Shown here: in pieces, positions 57,870-64,000 of the stretch | Layout: each line of letters opens with the position of its first letter | How positions within the stretch are numbered: the first letter of the stretch is position 1 | From: Chiloscyllium plagiosum | Lineage: Eukaryota | Assembly: GCF_004010195.1 (NCBI RefSeq) | Contig: NC_057749.1 | Location: 13,576,543-13,640,542 of the forward strand | Length of the DNA stretch: 64,000 nt | Direction: 5' to 3' | Notes under the pieces: generated by a model | Databases searched by the model: none | The model's input: only the letters and a program-made list of their open reading frames with translations | What the model was told of the DNA's origin: nothing | Position numbers and translations under genes: made by a program

Positions 57870-58700
57870 AGAACATAAAACATTACAACGCAGTACAGGC
57901 CCTTCGCACCTCAATGTTACACTGACCTATTGAACCAATCTGAAACCTCATCTATCCTACACTATTCCATTTTCATTCTTATGCCTATCCAATGACCATT
58001 TAAATGCCCTTAAAGTTGGTGAGTCTACTACTGTTGCAGGCAAGATGTTCCACTCCCCTACTACTCTCTGAGTAAAGAAACTACTTCTGATATCTGTCCT
58101 ATACCTATCACCCCTCAATTTAAAGCTATGCCTCCTTGTACTAGCCATCACCATCCAAAGAAAAAGGCTCTCCCTGTCCACCCTATCTAACCCTCTGATT
58201 ATCTTATATGTCTCAATTAAGTCACCTCTCAACCTTCTCTCTAACAAAAACAGCATTAAGCCCCTCAGCCTTTCCTCACAAGACCATTCCTCCAGGCCTG
58301 TCAACATCCTGGTAAATCTCCTCTGAACCCTTTGCAAAGCTTCTGCATCATTTCTATAATGTGGTGACCAGAACTGATCACATTACTCCAAATGCGGCTG
58401 CATCAAAGTTTTGTACAGCTGCAGTATGACCTTTTGTGGCTCCGAAACTCAATCCCTCTACCAATAAAGCCTAACAAACCGTATGCCTTCTTAACAACCC
58501 AATCAACCTGGTTGGCAACTTTCAGGGGTCTATGTACATGGACACCGAGGTCTCTCTGCTCATTTACACTACCAAGAATCTTACCATTAGCCCAGTACTC
58601 TTTGTTCCTGTTCCTCCTTCCAAAGTGAATCACCTCACATTTTTTCACATTAAACTCCAGCTGTCACCTCTCAGCCCAGCTCTGCAGCTTTTCTACATTC
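57870..58700 (-). mobile_element. CR1-type LINE 3' fragment
   Basis: KCEVIHFGRRN...QRDLGVHVH; QRVQRRFTRML...RLRGDLIETYKIIRGLD...FFTQRVVGEWN. Confidence 0.88.
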
Positions 58701-59567
58701 TACAGTTTGTGGATAGGCGCAATATTTTTACTAACATACACTTAGCATTGAAACATAAGCTATATCACGAAATTCTAAAGTTTTACTCAAATAGATCATA
58801 ATATCTGAACTCCTATGATCACTGACCAGTATATCATATTCTCTTCATTACTGCTTAGAAAAGTTTATCAAACAAAGGAATTCACAGGAGATTCAGAAAC
58901 CATTCTGAGCTATATCAACCTTAAAATTGGAATAACATCCTAACTGGCTTTGTAACTTCCTCCAACACATTTATAAACTCTTGTGCCAGTGTTGCCAGCA
59001 TATTGTAAATGTTGGTTTCAGCTGGAAGCATCTAGGATATTGTGTAAATAGACTGTCACCAATTCTCTTGCTCACATTGATCAAGCTAGTGATACTGTGC
59101 CCACACGGCACTTTATGTCAAGAAGATAGCCTTCATTATTTAGCAGTAGTATATTACATATTAGTTCATAGCTGGCCTCATTACATGTAACATGCATGAC
59201 TAGTTTGAGGCCCAACTTAAGAATACGACAACTGAAACATGGTGAACTGGTACAGCACATTCACATTGATTAGCACCTCCCAGTAACTGTCCATCACATC
59301 CTAATGGGTGAACCTTATCTTGTAATGTCAGTTAAGTCTTTCAAGTATTAACTACTTTGTAGAATATCCCCACTCTTTCAACATGTCACCAGGTGGTAAG
59401 CTATCCAACCAAGTCCAAATTCTTGCAAGCCTGAGTGCTGTCCTCATTCAACACACACAAATGTTTTCTGGAATGGATCCATAGGCAGCAACTAGTAGAA
59501 TACTACCTAATTTTCCCTTTTATAGCATTACAATGCACATGAGGAGGTAATTTCACCTATTGTGTCT

Positions 59568-59772
59568 TTGTCTCTTAGACAGAGCTAGACAATTCACTCC
59601 ACTCTGTCCTATACTGTAGCCTGACAAAAATTTTCCCCTTTAAGTATTTATCCAAATCACTTTAGAAATCTGTCATTGAACAATCTCCACCAGGTTTCCA
59701 GGCAGTGCCTTCCAGATTTACCTCAGCCCAGTTCTGCTTCCTTTGATAATGATCTTATATTTGTGAGGCAAC
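59568..59772 (+). repeat. ~205-bp direct repeat, copy 1 (copy 2 at 62045-62250)
   Basis: TTGTCTCTTAG(A/T)CAGAGCTAGACAATTCACTCC...TATATTTGTGAGGCAAC occurs twice with only a few differences. Confidence 0.9.
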
Positions 59773-60054
59773 ACTACTGATCATCTGCCAGTGGGAAATC
59801 AAACCCAGTTTGACCACTTTTAAACCACCATGTGATCTCCACTCCAAGGGAAACAATTTCAGCTACTATGATCGCTTCATGTTTCTCTTCTTACAACAGT
59901 AGGACAAACTTTATTACCACAACACCCCCTCTGCCCTGCCTGAGAGCAGCCAACCTAACACAGATAAGATGAAACCAGCAAATCACTTCAGTTATATGGT
60001 CCAGTATAGTACCTGTTCGTACCTTATATCTACAAGATGGATCTGAAAAACCTA

Positions 60055-60360
60055 TTACTTGCATTTCAGATGAGACATTAAACTGAGGCTCCAACTGTGT
60101 TCTCAGTGGGTGTAAAAGATCCTTTGCAGTATTTCAAAGATAATCAGTGGGGTTCTTACTTGTGACCTGGCCAATATTTATCACTCCACTAAAATCTGTT
60201 ACAAAAGGTATTGGTCTTTATCATGGTCTGTGGAACATTACTTTCTGCAGGTTGATTGCCCATTCCTCACCTTTTATAGTGACTTCATTTCAAAGTCCTT
60301 CATTGATTGTAAAGTATGTGGAACATCTGGAGGTGGTGAAAGGTACTACATAAATGCAAA
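60055..60360 (+). mobile_element. Deu-domain SINE (SacSINE1/AmnSINE1 superfamily) fragment
   Basis: TTCAGATGAGACATTAAACTGAGG...GGGTGTAAAAGATCC...CCTGGCCAATATTTATC resembles the Deu domain. Related 3' fragments at about 41470-41640 and 43145-43250 (minus). Confidence 0.6.
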
Positions 60361-60449
60361 AACCATGTTATTCAATACCGCTTGGTGCAAAGACTAATCT
60401 GATGTATTGCTTCTTCCATTTTGTGTTTTAAAAGATGATTAATTTCCTA

Positions 60450-61890
60450 TTTCAGTGTAATTTTCTCTCTCAAATTCCCCTTGATCTTCATCTTAATGGA
60501 TGACCCCTTCCGGTCTTAGACTCCCCCATAAGGAAAACAAGCTCCCTGCATAAACCTTGTAAAGTCACCCAAGAATCTTGTATGATTCAGTAAGATAGCC
60601 TCTCATTTTTCTTATTCCTATGAGTATCGGCCCAACCTATTCAACCTCTCTTCATAAAACAGATCTTCCATTTGTTCCCTGGAATTCAATAACATCACGT
60701 CTGACATGATTTTGACTTCATCTATACTTTCCTGCATACCCTCCGATAATCTTCATCCCTTTGATAATCAAGAATCTATCTATTTCTGGCTTATAATATT
60801 TAAAGATTCCACTGCCTTTTGAGGAAGAAAATTCCAAAGGCTCACTACCCACAGAGAAAAGTTCCCTCATCTTAAATGGGCACCTCCTTATTTTTAAACC
60901 CTGAATCCTAGTTCTAAATGATCCAATAAGAAATATCCTTTCATTACCCATCTGGTCAAGTCCCTTTAGGATCTTATATGTTTCAATTAAGTTACCTCTG
61001 ATTGTTATAAACACCAGAGGATACAGACCTAGTATGCTTAGTTATCCCTCATAAAGTAATCCACTCATTGCAGGTATTAGTCTAGTAAATGTTCTCTGAA
61101 CTTCCAATGCATTCACATCATTCTATAAGTACGATGATCAGTACTGTACACAGTTGGATGAGCATTTAGGTGGCATGGTTAGTAATTTTATGGATGACAC
61201 CAAAATTGGTGGTATAGTCATCAGTGAAAAAGGTTATTTAAGATTACAAAGAGATCTTGATCAATTTGGCCAATGGATTGAGGAATGGCAGATGGAGTTT
61301 GATTTGGATAAATTTGTGGCATTGCATTTTGGTAAAATGAACAAGGGCAGAACTTACACAGTTAATGGTAGGGCCCTGAGAAATGTTGCCGAACAGAGAG
61401 ACCTAGGGGTTCAGGTACATAGTTCTGTGAAAATTGTGTCACAGGCATGCAGGGTGACCAGAATGTTGCTGGAACTGGAGGGTTTGAATTATACAGAAAG
61501 GTTGGATAGGTTGGTGCATCAGAGGTTGAGGGATGACATTTTAGAGGTTTATAAAATCGTGAGGGGCATAGATAAGGTGAATAGCAAAGATCTTTTCCCT
61601 AGCATGGGAGGTTTAAAAGTAGGCAGTATAATTTAAAGGTGACAGGAGAAAGATTTAAAAGGGACCTGATGGGCAACCTTTTCACTCTGAGAGTGGTTCA
61701 AATATGGAATAAATCAACAGAGAAAGTGGTTGATTCAGGTATGGTTACAACACTTAAAAGACATTTGGACAGTTGCACGAATAGGAACATTTTAGAGGGA
61801 TATGAGCCAAAGGCTGGCAAATGGGACGAGTTCAGATTGAGAAACATGGGTGAGTTGAACTTAAGGGTTTGTTTCTGTGCTGTATGACTC
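60450..61890. mobile_element. CR1-type LINE fragments (minus about 60450-61150; plus 61154-61890)
   Basis: RGNLIETYKILKGLD (minus); SNFMDDTKIGG...LQRDLDQ...WQMEF...QRDLGVQVH (plus). Confidence 0.85.
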
Positions 61891-61894
61891 CTGT

Positions 61895-62030
61895 ATTCTT
61901 GATGAAGGGCTTTTGCCCGAAACGTCGATTTTCCTGCTCCTCGGATGCTGTCTGAACCGCTGTGCTTTTCCAGCACCACTTTAATCCAGAATCTGGCTTC
62001 CAGCATTTGCAGTCATTGTTTTTACCTCTA
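61895..62030 (+). mobile_element. PLE terminus (family A)
   Basis: TTGATGA-A-GGGC-TTTT-GCCC-GAAACGTC followed by GGATGCTG...TTTTCCAGCACCAC...GCAGTCATTGTTTTTACCT, the same subfamily as the copy at 17283. Confidence 0.75.
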
Positions 62031-62679
62031 TAATGCCCTCATAATTGTCTCTTAGTCAGAGCTAGACAATTCACTCCACTCTGTCCTATACTGTAGCCTG
62101 ATAAAAAAATTTCCCCTTTTAGTATTTATCCAAATCACTTTAGAAATCTGTCATTGAACAATCTCCACCAGGTTTCCAGGCAGTGCCTTCCAGATTTACC
62201 TCAGCCCAGTTCTGCTTCCTTTGATAATGATCTTATATTTGTGAGGCAACTGAAGGATAATTCCCCTATTCTTGCATTCAATGCCCTCACAATAAAACAT
62301 GACATGCTATCAGCTGTCACACTATTCCACACCATATACCTCTGAATATTTAGTTCCTTGTAAGCATACCTACGCAGTGGGTCTAACCTCAATTTGTGCT
62401 ACTGACTCACTTATTTGTTACAATTACCACTTGCATTCTGATAAAGAGCCATAATTTTGACATTTTCTTTACCATTTTCTCCACCCTTGACCCTATTTAC
62501 TCCTGAACTTTTACATTTGTATGTTCTGTTCCTTCCTTTGGATATTGTTATCTAAATAACTGCACTGTAATGCTGCTATGTCCTCTTGCTTTGTAAGCCT
62601 ACATTCCTCCTCTCCCAAATTCTCTCTTTCCACCCTCCCCAAATCATTTAAAGCCCTCTCAACAGCCTTGGTTATTCAA

Positions 62680-62992
62680 CTTGCATGCAATTCTGGTCTC
62701 CTTCCTATCGGAAAGATGTTGTGAAACTTGAAAGGGTTTAGAAAAGATTTACAAGGATGTTGCCTTGGATGGGTATATGAATAGGAAGGGTTTGGAGGGA
62801 TATGTGCCGTGTGCTGGAAGGTGGGACTAATTTGGGTTGGGATATCTGGTCGGCATGGACGGGTTGAACCCAAGGGTCTGTTTCCATGCTGTACATCTCT
62901 ATGACTAGATTGGGTTGGGATATCTGGTCGGCATGGACAGGTTGGACCCAAGGGTCTGTTTCCATGCTGTACCTCTCTATGACTCTATGACA
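62680..62992 (+). mobile_element. Deleted CR1 3' fragment with duplicated terminal ~80 bp
   Basis: GGGTTGGGATATCTGGTCGGCATGGAC...GGGTCTGTTTCCATGCTGTAC occurs twice in tandem; CTCTATGA tail. Confidence 0.8.
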
Positions 62993-64000
62993 TGAGTATA
63001 GTATGGTTCAAGTGTACCATGGGAACAACCCTCTTCTGTACAAGTTCTGGTGCCAATGCCCCAAGAACTGAAACCCATTCCATTCACACCAATATTGAGC
63101 TGCGCATTTAATTCCTTGATTTAATTCAGCCTTTACCAGTTGCTCTGTGGCTCAGGTAATAATCCAGCTATTACCATCTTGGAGGTTCTGCTTCTCAATT
63201 TAACTCCTGATTGTAAAGATTTCAGTAGAACTTCCTTTCTTGTCCTACAAATGTCATTGGTACCAATGTTGATTGTCCTGTCCCTCTCAAGTTTTTCTCA
63301 AACACTGAAGAGATGTCCTTGACCCTGGCACTGGACAGGCAATAGAACCTTTGTGACTCTCATTCACAGCTGCAGAGAACTATTCTTCTAACTATACAGT
63401 GCCTTCAATTGGTACAATCCTATTTTTTTCTCTTCACTTGAATGGTTCTTTGTACCACAGAGCTCATTCTCTCTGTAATCCCAACTCTTGTCTGCAGTTT
63501 GCCAGCAGCATTGTTGCTGGTTTTCATTTCTAATGCATAGGCCTCCCTGATCTCAGATCAACCCTGAATGACCTATTGAGAGGTTTGAGCACCCTACTCT
63601 GCAAAGTGCCCAAGTAACTTTTTGTTTCCCTGATATGGCAATGTCAGCAACTCAGATTCTGGCTCCTTATCTCCTATGAAGTTCCTCAAGATGTAAACAC
63701 TTATTACAGATATGGTCATTCTGGATCACCTTTGTGTCCAGAAGCTTCCACATGCTGTAGCAGCAAGATCTCACCTGCCCTACCACCACTATTTTATTGG
63801 TTTAATTTATATATTAGTTACTCAAGACTCCCCTATACTGTACACTTTTCTGCACTGGTTTCTGTTTAAAGAAATCACCAATATGAATTTTATACTTAAG
63901 CAGCAATTTTTACTAAAGAGAAGAAAAATACTGGAAACCTAAACACAAATTGAAGACTTTACTTGTGTCCTGCTGTGGTTTGTGACATCACTCCATCACA

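Noticed and set aside
34200..64000. Terminal exons of SCAPER, the downstream neighbour in mammals
   Set aside because: I could not find a minus-strand segment resembling the SCAPER C-terminus; it probably lies beyond the window.

Overview
Vertebrate genomic DNA, almost certainly from a shark or other elasmobranch (HE1/V-SINEs, a Deu-domain SINE, CR1 LINEs). It contains the complete six-exon LIM-homeobox gene Isl2 on the + strand (ATG 24771, stop 33431, 355 aa). About 15.7 kb upstream and divergently oriented are the CpG-island promoter and first coding exon of a gene I read as ETFA (- strand, 9041-9085), which matches the ETFA-ISL2 synteny known in mammals. The rest is non-coding: repeat-poor stretches around Isl2 and many retroelement fragments. 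The most striking hidden structure is a set of Penelope-like element (PLE) termini from several families. They carry minimal hammerhead-ribozyme motifs (CUGANGA-stem II-GAAA-palindromic helix III) with covarying stems, and they often insert as TSD-flanked fold-back hairpins. Two lie in the sense orientation inside Isl2 introns 4 and 5. Also seen are divergent CTCF motifs between ETFA and Isl2, an ISL1-like LIM2/linker in this Isl2, and local direct duplications. Nearly all ORFs in the supplied track are repeat-derived or spurious.
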